From NCBI RefSeq assembly GCF_035084215.1, contig NW_027139260.1:62001-126000 (forward strand): DNA of 64,000 nt. Direction: 5' to 3'. Shown here in pieces: positions 9,135 through 23,500 of this stretch. The stretch comes from Heptranchias perlo (taxonomy: Eukaryota). The position numbers and the translations under genes are program-made. Under the pieces are notes generated by a model. That model searched no databases, had not been told where the DNA came from, and worked only from the letters and a program-made list of their open reading frames with translations. Position 1 is the stretch's first letter. Each line of letters opens with the position of its first letter.

Positions 9135-11536
9135 TTTATTTTTAATTTTCTTTTGTTCGTTCATGGGATGTGGGCGTCGCTGGTGAGGCCGGCATTTATT
9201 GCCCATCCCTAATTGGCCTTGAGAAGGTGGTGGTGAGCTGCCTTCTTGAACCGCTGCAGTCCGTGTGGTGAAGGTTCTCCCACAGTGCTGTTAGGAAGGG
9301 AGTTCCAGGATTTTGACCCAGCGACGATGAAGGAACGGCGATATATTTCCAGGACGGGATGGTGTGTGACTTGGAGGGGAACGTACAGGTGGTGTTGTTC
9401 CCATGTGCCTGCTGCTCTTGTCCTTCTAGGTGGTAGAGGTCGCGGGTTTGGGAGGTGCTGTCGAAGAAGCCTTGGCGAGTTGCTGCAGTGCATCCTGAGG
9501 ATGGTACAAACTGTAGCCACTGTGCGCCGGTGGTGAAGGGAGTGAAGTTTAGGGTGGTGGATGGGGTGCCAATGAAGCTTTGTCCTGGATTGTGTCGAGC
9601 TTCTTGAGTGTTGTTGGAGCTGCACTCATCCAGGCAAGTGGAGAGCATTCCATCACACTCCTGACTTGTGCCTTGTAGATGGTGGAAAGGCTTTGGGGAG
9701 TCAGGAGGTGAGTCACTCGCTGCAGAATACCCAGCCTCTTACCTGCTCTTGTAGCCACAGTATTTATGTGGCTGGTCCAGTTAAGTTTCTGGTCAATGGT
9801 GACCCCCAGGATGTTGATGGTGGGGGATTCAGCGATGGTAATGCCATTGAATGTCAAGGGGAGGTGGTTAGACTCTCTCTTGTTGGACATGGTCATTGTC
9901 TGGCACGAATGTTACTTGCCACTTATCAGCCCAAGCCTGGATGTTGTCCAGGTCTTGCTGCATGCAGGCTCGGACTGCTTCATTATTTGAGGGGTTACAA
10001 ATGGAACTGAACACTGTGCAATCATCAGCGAACATCCCCATTTCTGACCTTATGCTGGAGGGATGGTCATTGATGAAGCAGCTGAAGATGATTGGGACTA
10101 GGACACTGCCCTGAGGAACTCCTGCAGCAATGTCCTGGGGCTGAGATGATTGGCCTCCAACAACCACTACCATTTTCCTTTGTGCTAGGTATGACTCCAG
10201 CCACTGGAGAGTTTTCCCCCTGATTCCCATTGACTTCAATTTTACTCGGGCTCCTTGGTGCCACACTCGGTCAAATGCTGCCTTGATGTCAAGGGCAGTC
10301 ACTCTCACCTCACCTCTGGAATTCAGCTCTTTTGTCCATGTTTGGACCAAGGCTGTAATGAGGTCTGGAGCCGAGTGGTCCTGGCGGAACCCAAACTGAG
10401 CATCGGTGAGCAGGTTATTAGTAAGTGCCGCTTGATAGCACTGTCGATGACTCCTTCCATCATTTTGCTGATGATTGAGAGCAGACTGATGGGGCGGTAA
10501 TTGGCCGGATTGGATTTGTCCTGCTTTTTGTGGACAGGACATACCTGGGCAATTTTTCACATTGTCGGGTAGATGCCAGTGTTGTCGCTGTACTGGAACA
10601 GCTTGGCTAGAGGCGCAGCTAGTTCTGGAGCACAAGTCTTCAGCACTACAGCTGGGATGTTGTCGGGGCCCATAGCCTTTGCTGTACCCAGTGCACTCAG
10701 CCGTTTCTTGATATCACGTGGAGTGAATCGAATTGGCTGAAGACTGGTTTCTGTGATGGTGGGGATATCGGGAGGAGGCCGAGATGGATCATCCACTCGG
10801 CACTTCTGGCTGAAGATGATTGCAAACGCTTCAGCCTTGTCTTTTGCACTCACGTGCTGGACTCCGCCATCATTGAGGATGGGGATGTTTGCAGAGCCTC
10901 CTCCTCCCGTTAGTTGTTTAATTGTCCACCACTATTCACGACTGGATGTGGCAGGACTGCAGAGCTTTGATCTGATCCGTTGGTTGTGGAATCGCTTAGC
11001 TCTGTCTATAGCATGTTGCTTCCGCTGTTTCGCATGCACGTGGTCCTGTGTTGTAGCTTCACCAGGTTGGCACCTCGTTTTTCGGTACGCCTGGTGCTGC
11101 TCCTGGCATGCTCTTCTACACTCCTCATTGAACCAGGGTTGATCCCCTGGCTTGTTGGTAATGGTAGAGTGAGGAATATGCCGGGCCATGAGGTTACAGA
11201 TTGTGCTGGAATACAATTCTGCTGCTGCTGATGGCCCACAGCGCCTCATGGATGCCCAGTTTTGAGCTGCAAGATCTGTTCTGAATCTCGCCCATTTCGC
11301 ACGGTGATCGTGCCACACAACACGATGGATGGTGTCCTCAGTGTGAAGACAGGACTTCGTCTCCACGAGGACAGTGCGGTGGTCCCTCCTACCAATAATG
11401 TCATGGACAGATGCATTTGTGCATGTGGATTGTTGAGGACGAGGTCAAGTAGGTTTTTCCCTCGTGTTGGTTCAATCACCTCCTGCCGCAGGCCCAGTCT
11501 GCAGCTCTGTCCTTCAGGACTCGGCCAGCTCGGTCA
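9135..11536 (-). mobile_element. Decayed LINE of a second family (CR1/Jockey group): end of endonuclease, RT, and 3' poly(A) end
   Basis: Frameshifted minus-strand fragments: EPTRGKNLLDLVL, QPWFNEEC, KAMGPDNIP, QFGFRQDHS, ALDIKAAFDRVWH, GVPQGSVL, MFADD, WQVTF, ILGVTIDQKLNW, SWNSLP. The 3' end has AATAAA (9195-9200 region) and an A-rich tail (about 9135-9155). Confidence 0.9.
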
Positions 11537-14500
11537 CTTTCTCTGTCCCACTGAGTGAGTGAGGGGGGAAATAATCAAACTATCGCCTGGTTTACACCCG
11601 TCACGTTCTCTGTCCCACTGAGTGAGGGGGAAATAATCAAACTATCGCCTGGTTTACACCCGTCACATTCTCTGTCCCACTGAGTGAGGGGAAATAATCA
11701 AACTATCGCCTGGTTTACACCCGTCACATTCTCTGTCCCACTGAGTGAGGGGGAAATAATCAAACTATCGCCTGGTTTACACCCGTCACATTCTCTGTCC
11801 CACTGAGTGAATGGAAATAATCAAACTATCGCCTAGTTTACACCCGTCACATTCTCTGTCCCACTGAGTGAGGGGAAATAATCAAACTATCGCCTGGTTT
11901 ACACCCGTCACATTCTCTGTCCCACTGAGTGAGGGGAAATAATCAAACTATCGCCTGGTTTACACCCGTCACATTCTCTGTCCCACTGAGTGAGGGGAAA
12001 TAATCAAACTATCGCCTGGTTTACACCCGTCACATTCTCTGTCCCACTGAGTGAGGGGAAATAATCAAACTATCGCCTGGTTTACACCCGTCACATTCTC
12101 TGTCCCACTGAGTGAGTGAGGGGGGAAATAATCAAACTATCGCCTGGTTTACACCCGTCACATTCTCTGTCCCACTGAGTGAGGGGAAATAATCAAACTA
12201 TCGCCTGGTTTACACCCGTCACATTCTCTGTCCCACTGAGTGAGGGGAAATAATCAAACTATCGCCTGGTTTACACCCGTCACATTATCTGTCCCACTGA
12301 GTGAATGGAAATAATCAAACTATCGCCTGGTTTACACCCGTCACATTCTCTGTCCCACTGAGTGAGGGGAAATAATCAAACTATCGCCTGGTTTACACCC
12401 GTCACATTCTCTGTCCCACTCAGTGAGGGGAAATAATCAAACTATCGCCTGGTTTACACCCGTCACATTCTCTGTCCCACTGAGTGAGGGGAAATAATCA
12501 AACTATCGCCTGGTTTACACCCGTCAATTTCTCTGTCCCACTGAGTGAGTGGAAATAATCAAACTATCGCCTGGTTTACACCCGTCACATTCTCTGTCCC
12601 ACTCAGTGAGGGGAAATAATCAAACTATCGCCTGGTTTACACCCGTCACATTATCTGTCCCACTGAGTGAGGGGAAATAATCAAACTATCGCCTGGTTTA
12701 CACCCGTCACATTCTCTGTCCCACTGAGTGAATGGAAATAATCAAACTATCGCCTGGTTTACACCCGTCACATTCTCTGTCCCACTGAGTGAGGGGAAAT
12801 AATCAAACTATCGCCTGGTTTACACCCGTCACATTCTCTGTCCCACTGAGTGAGGGGAAATAATCAAACTATCGCCTGGTTTACACCCGTCACATTCTCT
12901 GTCCCACTGAGTGAGGGGAAATAATCAAACTATCGCCTGGTTTACACCCGTCACATTCTCTGTCCCACTGAGTGAGGGGAAATAATCAAACTATCGCCTG
13001 GTTTACACCCGTCACATTCTCTGTCCCACTCAGTGAGGGGGGAAATAATCAAACTATCGCCTGGTTTACACCCGTCACATTCTCTGTCCCACTGAGTGAG
13101 GGGGAAATAATCAAACTATCGCCTGGTTTACACCCGTCACATTCTCTGTCCCACTGAGTGAGGGGGAAATAATCAAACTATCGCCTGGTTTACACCCGTC
13201 ACATTCTCTGTCCCACTGAGTGAGTGAGGGGAAATAATCAAAATATCGCCTGGTTTACACCCGTCACATTCTCTGTCCCACTGAGTGAGGGGGAAATAAT
13301 CAAACTATCGCCTGGTTTACACCCGTCACATTCTCTGTCCCACTGAGTGAGTGGAAATAATCAAACTATCGCCTGGTTTACACCCGTCACATTCTCTGTC
13401 CCACTGAGTGAGGGGAAATAATCAAACTATCGCCTGGTTTACACCCGTCACATTCTCTGTCCCACTGAGTGAGTGAGGGGAAATAATCAAACTATCGCCT
13501 GGTTTACACCCGTCACATTCTCTGTCCCACTGAGTGAGGGGAAATAATCAAACTATCGCCTGGTTTACACCCGTCACATTCTCTGTCCCACTGAGTGAGT
13601 GAGGGGGGAAATAATCAAACTATCGCCTGGTTTACACCCGTCACATTCTCTGTCCCACTGAGTGAGTGAGGGGAAATAATCAAACTATCGCCTGGTTTAC
13701 ACCCGTCACATTCTCTGTCCCACTGAGTGAGTGAGGGGAAATAATCAAACTATCGCCTGGTTTACACCCGTCACATTCTCTGTCCCACTGAGTGAGTAAG
13801 GGGGAAATAATCAAACTATCGCCTGGTTTACACCCGTCACGTTCTCTGTCCCACTGAGTGAGGGGAAAAACCCGTCACATTCTCTGTCCCACTGAGTGAG
13901 TGAGGGGGGAAATAATCAAACTATCGCCTGGTTTACACCAGTTACATTCTCTGTCCCACTGAGTGAGTGAGGGGGAAATAATCAAACTATCGCCTGGTTT
14001 ACACCCGTCACGTTCTCTGTCCCACTGAGTGAGGGGAAATAATCAAACTATCGCCTGGTTTGCACCCGTCACGTTCTCTGTCCCACTGAGTGAGTGAGGG
14101 GGAAATAATCAAACTATCGCCTGGTTTACACCCGTCACATTCTCTGTCCCACTGAGTGAGGGGGAAATAATCAAACTATCGCCTGGTTTACACCCGTCAC
14201 ATTCTCTGTCCCACTGAGTGAGTGAGGGGGAAATAATCAAACTATCGCCTGGTTTACACCCGTCACATTCTCTGTCCCACTGAGTGAGGGGAAATAATCA
14301 AACTATCGCCTGGTTTACACCCGTCACATTCTCTGTCCCACTGAGTGAGGGGAAATAATCAAACTATCGCCTGGTTTACACCCGTCACATTCTCTGTCCC
14401 ACTGAGTGAGTGAGGGGGAAATAATCAAACTATCGCCTGGTTTACACCCGTCACATTCTCTGTCCCACTGAGTGAGGGGGAAATAATCAAACTATCGCCT

Positions 14501-17500
14501 GGTTTACACCCGTCACATTCTCTGTCCCACAGAGTGAGGGGAAATAATCAAACTATCGCCTGGTTTACACCCGTCAAATTCTCTGTCCCACTGAGTGAGG
14601 GGGAAATAATCAAACTATCGCCTGGTTTACACCCGTCACATTCTCTGTCCCACTGAGTGAGTGAGGGGAAATAATCAAACTATCGCCTGGTTTACACCCG
14701 TCACATTCTCTGTCCCACTGAGTGAGTGAGGGGGGAAATAATCAAACTATTGCCTGGTTTACACCCGTCACATTCTCTGTCCCACTGAGTGAGTGAGGGG
14801 GGAAATAATCAAACTATCGCCTGGTTTACACCCGTCACATTCTCTGTCCCACTGAGTGAGGGGGAAATAATCAAACTATCGCCTGGTTTACACCCGTCAC
14901 ATTCTCTGTCCCACTGAGTGAGGGGAAATAATCAAACTATCTCCTGGTTTACACCCGTCACATTCTCTGTCCCACTGAGTGAGGGGGAAATAATCAAACT
15001 ATCGCCTGGTTTACACCTGTCACATTCTCTGTCCCACTGAGTGAGTGAGGGGGAAATAATCAAACTATCGCCTGGTTTACACCCGTCACATTCTCTGTCC
15101 CACTGAGTGAGTGAGGGGGGAAATAATCAAACTATCGCCTGGTTTACACCCGTCACATTCTCTGTCCCACTGAGTGAGGGGGGAAATAATCAAACTATCG
15201 CCTGGTTTACACCCGTCACGTTCTCTGTCCCACTGAGTGAGGGGAAATAATCAAACTATCTCCTGGTTTACACCCGTCACATTCTCTGTCCCACTGAGTG
15301 AGGGGAAATAATCAAACTATCGCCTGGTTTACACCCGTCACATTCTCTGTCCCACTGAGTGAGGGGAAATAATCAAACTATCTCCTGGTTTACACCCGTC
15401 ACATTCTCTGTCCCACTGAGTGAGTGAAGGGAAATAATCAAACTATCGCCTGGTTTACACCCGTCACATTCTCTGTCCCACTGAGTGAGGGGGAAATAAT
15501 CAAACTATCGCCTGGTTTACACCCGTCACATTCTCTGTCCCACTGAGCGAGTGAGGGGGAAATAATCAAACTATCGCCTGGTTTACACCCGTCACATTCT
15601 CTGTCCCACTGAGTGAGGGGGAAATAATCAAACTATCGCCTGGTTTACACCCGTCACATTCTCTGTCCCACTGAGTGAGGGGAAATAATCAAACTATCGC
15701 CTGGTTTACACCCGTCACATTTTCTGTCCCACTGAGTGAGGGGGAAATAATCAAACTATCGCCTGGTTTACACCCGTCACATTCTCTGTCCCACTGAGTG
15801 AGTGAGGGGGAAATAATCAAACTATCGCCTGGTTTACACCCGTCACATTCTCTGTCCCACTGAGTGAGGGGAAATAATCAAACTATCGCCTGGTTTACAC
15901 CCGTCACATTCTCTGTCCCACTGAGTGAGGGGGAAATAATCAAACTATCGCCTGGTTTACACCCGTCACATTCTCTGTCCCACTGAGTGAGTGAGGGGGA
16001 AATAATCAAACTATCGCCTGGTTTACACCCGTCACATTCTCTGTCCCACTGAGTGAGTGAGGGGGAAATAATCAAACTATCGCCTGGTTTACACCCGTCA
16101 CATTCTCTGTCCCACTGAGTGAGTGAGGGGAAATAATCAAACTATCGCCTGGTTTACACCCGTCACATTTTCTGTCCCACTGAGTGAGGGGGAAATAATC
16201 AAACTATCGCCTGGTTTACACCCGTCACATTCTCTGTCCCACTGAGTGAGTGAGGGGGAAATAATCAAACTATCGCCTGGTTTACACCCGTCACATTCTC
16301 TGTCCCACTGAGTGAGGGGGAAATAATCAAACTATCGCCTGGTTCACACCCGTCACATTCTCTGTCCCACTGAGTGAGGGGGAAATAATCAAACTATCGC
16401 CTGGTTTACACCCGTCACATTCTCTGTCCCACTGAGCGAGTGAGGGGGAAATAATCAAACTATCGCCTGGTTTACACCCGTCACATTCTCTGTCCCACTG
16501 AGTGAGGGGAAATAATCAAACTATCGCCTGGTTTACACCCGTCACATTCTCTGTCCCACTGAGTGAGGGGAAATAATCAAACTATCGCCTGGTTTACACC
16601 CGTCACATTCTCTGTCCCACTGAGTGAGTGGGAAATAATCAAACTATCGCCTGGTTTACACCCGTCACATTCTCTGTCCCACTGAGTGAGTGAGGGGGGA
16701 AATAATCAAACTATCGCCTGGTTTACACCCGTCACATTCTCTGTCCCACTGAGTGAGGGGGAAATAATCAAACTATCGCCTGGTTTACACCCGTCACATT
16801 CTCTGTCCCACTGAGTGAGTGAGGGGAAATAATCAAACTATCGCCTGGTTCACACCCGTCACATTCTCTGTCCCACTGAGCGAGTGAGGGGGAAATAATC
16901 AAACTATCGCCTGGTTTACACCCGTCACATTCTCTGTCCCACTGAGTGAGTGAGGGGGAAATAATCAAACTATCGCCTGGTTTACACCCGTCACATTCTC
17001 TGTCCCACTGAGTGAGGGGGAAATAATCAAACTATCGCCTGGTTTACACCCGTCACATTCTCTGTCCCACTGAGTGAGGGGAAATAATCAAACTATCGCC
17101 TGGTTTACACCCGTCACATTCTGTGTCCCACTGAGTGAGGGGGAAATAATCAAACTATCGCCTGGTTTACACCCGTCACATTCTCTGTCCCACTGAGCGA
17201 GTGAGGGGGAAATAATCAAACTATCGCCTGGTTTACACCCGTCACATTCTCTGTCCCACTGAGTGAGGGGAAATAATCAAACTATCGCCTGGTTTACACC
17301 CGTCACATTCTCTGTCCCACTGAGTGAGGGGAAATAATCAAACTATCGCCTGGTTTACACCCGTCACATTCTCTGTCCCACTGAGTGAGGGGAAATAATC
17401 AAACTATCGCCTGGTTTACACCCGTCACATTCTCTGTCCCACTGAGTGAGTGAGGGGAAATAATCAAACTATCGCCTGGTTTACACCCGTCACATTCTCT

Positions 17501-20500
17501 GTCGCACTGAGTGAGGGGGAAATGATCAAACTATCGCCTGGTTTACACCCGTCACATTCTCTGTCCCACTGAGTGAGTGAGGGGAAATAATCAAACTATC
17601 GCCTGTTTCACACCCGTCACATTCTCTGTCCCACTGAGTGAGTGAGGGGGAAATAATCAAACTATCGCCTGGTTTACACCCGTCACATTCTCTGTCCCAC
17701 TCAGTGAGGGGAAATAATCAAACTATCGCCTGGTTTACACCCGTCACATTCTCTGTCCCACTCAGTGAGGGGAAATAATCAAACTATCGCCTGGTTTACA
17801 CCCGTCACATTCTCTGTCCCACTGAGTGAGTGAGGGGGAAATAATCAAACTATCGCCTGGTTTACACCCGTCACATTCTCTGTCCCACTGAGTGAGTGAG
17901 GGGGAAATAATCAAACTATCGCCTGGTTTACACCCGTCACATTCTCTGTCCCACTGAGTGAGGGGGAAATAATCAAACTATCGCCTGGTTTACACCCGTC
18001 ACATTCTCTGTCCCACTGAGTGAGTGAGGGGAAATAATCAAACTATCGCCTGGTTTACACCCGTCACATTCTCTGTCCCACTGAGTGAGGGGGAAATAAT
18101 CAAACTATCGCCTGGTTCACACCCGTCACATTCTCTGTCCCACTGAGTGAGGGGGGAAATAATCAAACTGTCGCCTGGTTTACACCCGTCACATTCTCTG
18201 TCCCACTGAGTGAGGGGGAAATAATCAAACTATCGCCTGGTTTACACCCGTCACATTCTCTGTCCCACTGAGTGAGTGAGGGGAAATAATCAAACTATCG
18301 CCTGGTTTACACCCGTCACATTCTCTGTCCCACTGAGTGAGGGGAAATAATCAAACTATCGCATGGTTCACACCCGTCACATTCTCTGTCCCACTGAGTG
18401 AGTGAGGGGGAAATAATCAAACTATCGCCTGGTTTACACCCGTCACATTCTCTGTCCCTCTGAGTGAGGGGGAAATAATCAAACTATCGCCTGGTTTACA
18501 CCCGTCACATTCTCTGTCCCACTGAGTGAGTGGAAATAATCAAACTATCTCCTGGTTTACACCCGTCACATTCTCTGTCCCACTGAGTGAGTGGAAATAA
18601 TCAAACTATCGCCTGGTTTACACCCGTCACATTCTCTGTCCCACTGAGTGAGGGGAAATAATCAAACTATCGCCTGGTTTACACCCGTCACATTCTCTGT
18701 CCCACTGAGTGAGGGGAAATAATCAAACTGTCGCCTGGTTTACACCCGTCACATTCTCTGTCGCACTGAGTGAGTGAGGGGAAATAATCAAACTATCGCC
18801 TGGTTTACACCCGTCACATTCTCTGTCCCACTGAGTGAGTGAGGGGGAAATAATCAAACTATCGCCTGGTTTACACCCGTCACATTCTCTGTCCCACTGA
18901 GTGAGGGGGAAATAATCAAACTATCGCCTGGTTTACACCCGTCACATTCTCTGTCCCACTGAGTGAGTGGAAATAATCAAACTATCGCCTGGTTTAAACC
19001 CGTCACATTCTCTGTCCCACTGAGTGAGTGGAAATAATCAAACTATCTCCTGGTTTACACCCGTCACATTCTCTGTCCCACTGAGTGAGTGAAGGGAAAT
19101 AATCAAACTATCGCCTGGTTTACACCCGTCACATTCTCTGTCCCACTGAGTGAGGGGGAAATAATCAAACTATCGCCTGGTTTACACCCGTCACATTCTC
19201 TGTCCCACTGAGCGAGTGAGGGGGAAATAATCAAACTATCGCCTGGTTTACACCCGTCACATTCTCTGTCCCACTGAGTGAGGGGGAAATAATCAAACTA
19301 TCGCCTGGTTTACACCCGTCACATTCTCTGTCCCACTGAGTGAGGGGAAATAATCAAACTATCGCCTGGTTTACACCCGTCACATTTTCTGTCCCACTGA
19401 GTGAGGGGGAAATAATCAAACTATCGCCTGGTTTACACCCGTCACATTCTCTGTCCCACTGAGTGAGTGAGGGGGAAATAATCAAACTATCGCCTGGTTT
19501 ACACCCGTCACATTCTCTGTCCCACTGAGTGAGGGGAAATAATCAAACTATCGCCTGGTTCACACCCGTCACATTCTCTGTCCCACTGAGTGAGGGGGAA
19601 ATAATCAAACTATCGCCTGGTTTACACCCGTCACATTCTCTGTCCCACTGAGCGAGTGAGGGGGAAATAATCAAACTATCGCCTGGTTTACACCCGTCAC
19701 ATTCTCTGTCCCACTGAGTGAGGGGAAATAATCAAACTATCGCCTGGTTTACACCCGTCACATTCTCTGTCCCACTGAGTGAGGGGAAATAATCAAACTA
19801 TCGCCTGGTTTACACCCGTCACATTCTCTGTCCCACTGAGTGAGTGGGAAACAATCAAACTATCGCCTGGTTTACACCCGTCACATTCTCTGTCCCACTG
19901 AGTGAGTGAGGGGGGAAATAATCAAACTATCGCCTGGTTTACACCCGTCACATTCTCTGTCCCACTGAGTGAGGGGGAAATAATCAAACTATCGCCTGGT
20001 TTACACCCGTCACATTCTCTGTCCCACTGAGTGAGTGAGGGGAAATAATCAAACTATCGCCTGGTTCACACCCGTCACATTCTCTGTCCCACTGAGCGAG
20101 TGAGGGGGAAATAATCAAACTATCGCCTGGTTTACACCCGTCACATTCTCTGTCCCACTGAGTGAGTGAGGGGGAAATAATCAAACTATCGCCTGGTTTA
20201 CACCCGTCACATTCTCTGTCCCACTGAGTGAGGGGGAAATAATCAAACTATCGCCTGGTTTACACCCGTCACATTCTCTGTCCCACTGAGTGAGGGGAAA
20301 TAATCAAACTATCGCCTGGTTTACACCCGTCACATTCTGTGTCCCACTGAGTGAGGGGGAAATAATCAAACTATCGCCTGGTTTACACCCGTCACATTCT
20401 CTGTCCCACTGAGCGAGTGAGGGGGAAATAATCAAACTATCGCCTGGTTTACACCCGTCACATTCTCTGTCCCACTGAGTGAGGGGAAATAATCAAACTA

Positions 20501-23500
20501 TCGCCTGGTTTACACCCGTCACATTCTCTGTCCCACTGAGTGAGGGGAAATAATCAAACTATCGCCTGGTTTACACCCGTCACATTCTCTGTCCCACTGA
20601 GTGAGGGGAAATAATCAAACTATCGCCTGGTTTACACCCGTCACATTCTCTGTCCCACTGAGTGAGTGAGGGGAAATAATCAAACTATCGCCTGGTTTAC
20701 ACCCGTCACATTCTCTGTCGCACTGAGTGAGGGGGAAATGATCAAACTATCGCCTGGTTTACATCCGTCACATTCTCTGTCCCACTGAGTGAGTGAGGGG
20801 AAATAATCAAACTATCGCCTGTTTCACACCCGTCACATTCTCTGTCCCACTGAGTGAGTGAGGGGGAAATAATCAAACTATCGCCTGGTTTACACCCGTC
20901 ACATTCTCTGTCCCACTCAGTGAGGGGAAATAATCAAACTATCGCCTGGTTTACACCCGTCACATTCTCTGTCCCACTCAGTGAGGGGAAATAATCAAAC
21001 TATCGCCTGGTTTACACCCGTCACATTCTCTGTCCCACTGAGTGAGTGAGGGGGAAATAATCAAACTATCGCCTGGTTTACACCCGTCACATTCTCTGTC
21101 CCACTGAGTGAGTGAGGGGGAAATAATCAAACTATCGCCTGGTTTACACCCGTCACATTCTCTGTCCCACTGAGTGAGGGGGAAATAATCAAACTATCGC
21201 CTGGTTTACACCCGTCACATTCTCTGTCCCACTGAGTGAGTGAGGGGAAATAATCAAACTATCGCCTGGTTTACACCCGTCACATTCTCTGTCCCACTGA
21301 GTGAGGGGGAAATAATCAAACTATCGCCTGGTTCACACCCGTCACATTCTCTGTCCCACTGAGTGAGGGGGGAAATAATCAAACTGTCGCCTGGTTTACA
21401 CCCGTCACATTCTCTGTCCCACTGAGTGAGGGGGAAATAATCAAACTATCGCCTGGTTTACACCCGTCACATTCTCTGTCCCACTGAGTGAGTGAGGGGA
21501 AATAATCAAACTATCGCCTGGTTTACACCCGTCACATTCTCTGTCCCACTGAGTGAGGGGAAATAATCAAACTATCGCATGGTTCACACCCGTCACATTC
21601 TCTGTCCCACTGAGTGAGTGAGGGGGAAATAATCAAACTATCGCCTGGTTTACACCCGTCACATTCTCTGTCCCTCTGAGTGAGGGGGAAATAATCAAAC
21701 TATCGCCTGGTTTACACCCGTCACATTCTCTGTCCCACTGAGTGAGTGGAAATAATCAAACTATCTCCTGGTTTACACCCGTCACATTCTCTGTCCCACT
21801 GAGTGAGTGGAAATAATCAAACTATCGCCTGGTTTACACCCGTCACATTCTCTGTCCCACTGAGTGAGGGGAAATAATCAAACTATCGCCTGGTTTACAC
21901 CCGTCACATTCTCTGTCCCACTGAGTGAGGGGAAATAATCAAACTGTCGCCTGGTTTACACCCGTCACATTCTCTGTCGCACTGAGTGAGTGAGGGGAAA
22001 TAATCAAACTATCGCCTGGTTTACACCCGTCACATTCTCTGTCCCACTGAGTGAGTGAGGGGGAAATAATCAAACTATCGCCTGGTTTACACCCGTCACA
22101 TTCTCTGTCCCACTGAGTGAGGGGGAAATAATCAAACTATCGCCTGGTTTACAACCGTCACATTCTCTGTCCCACTGAGTGAGTGGAAATAATCAAACTA
22201 TCGCCTGGTTTAAACCCGTCACATTCTCTGTCCCACTGAGTGAGTGGAAATAATCAAACTATCGCCTGGTTCACACCCGTCACATTCTCTGTCCCACTGA
22301 GTGAGTGAGGGGAAATAATCAAACTATCGCCTGGTTTACACCCGTCACATTCTTTGTCCCACTGAGTGAGTGAGGGGCAAATAATCAAACTATCGCCTGG
22401 TTTACACCCGTCACATTCTCTGTCCCACTGAGTGAGTGAGGGGAAATAATCAAACTATCGCCTGGTTTACACCCGTCACATTCCCTGTCCCACTGAGTGA
22501 GTGGAAATAATCAAACTATCGCCTGGTTTACACCCGTCACATTCTCTGTCCCACTGAGTGAGTGGAAATAATCAAACTATTGCCTGGTTTACACCCGTCA
22601 CATTCTCTGTCCCACTGAGTGAGGGGAAATAATCAAACTATCGCCTGGTTTACACCCGTCACATTCTCTGTCCCACTGAGTGAGTGGAAATAATCAAACT
22701 ATCGCCTGGTTTACACCCGTCACATTCTCTGTCCCACTGAGTGAGGGGGGAAATAATCAAACTATCGCCTGGTTTACACCCGTCACATTCTCTGTCCCAC
22801 TGAGTGAGGGGAAATAATCAAACTATCGCCTGGTTTACACCGTCACATTCTCTGTCCCACTGAGTGAGGGGAAATAATCAAACTATCGCCTGGTTTACAC
22901 CCGTCACATTCTCTGTCCCACTGAGTGAGGGGAAATAATCAAACTATCGCCTGGTTTACACCCGTCACATTCTCTGTCCCACTGAGTGAGGGGGAAATAA
23001 TCAAACTATCGCCTGGTTTACACCCGTCACATTCTCTGTCCCACTGAGTGAGTGAAGGGAAATAATCAAACTATTGCCTGGTTTACACCCGTCACATTCT
23101 CTGTCCCACTGAGTGAGGGGGAAATAATCAAACTATCGCCTGGTTTACACCTGTCACATTCTCTGTCCCACTGAGTGAGTTCGGGGGGAAATAATCAAAC
23201 TATCGCCTGGTTCACACCCGTCACATTCTCTGTCCCACTGAGTGAGGGGGGAAATAATCAAACTATCGCCTGGTTTACACCCGTCACATTCTCTGTCCCA
23301 CTGAGTGAGGGGCGAAATAATCAAACTATCGCCTGGTTTACACCCGTCACATTCTCTGTCCCACTGAGTGAGGGGAAATAATCAAACTATCGCCTGGTTT
23401 ACACCCGTCACATTCTCTGTCCCACTGAGTGAGGGGAAATAATCAAACTATCGCCTGGTTTACACCCGTCACATTCTCTGTCCCACTGAGTGAGGGGAAA

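Noticed and set aside
11586-11625. RSS-like GGTTTACAC...CACTGAGTG in the 61-mer
   Set aside because: The nonamer is poor and the spacers are 18, 20 or 24 nt rather than 12 or 23.
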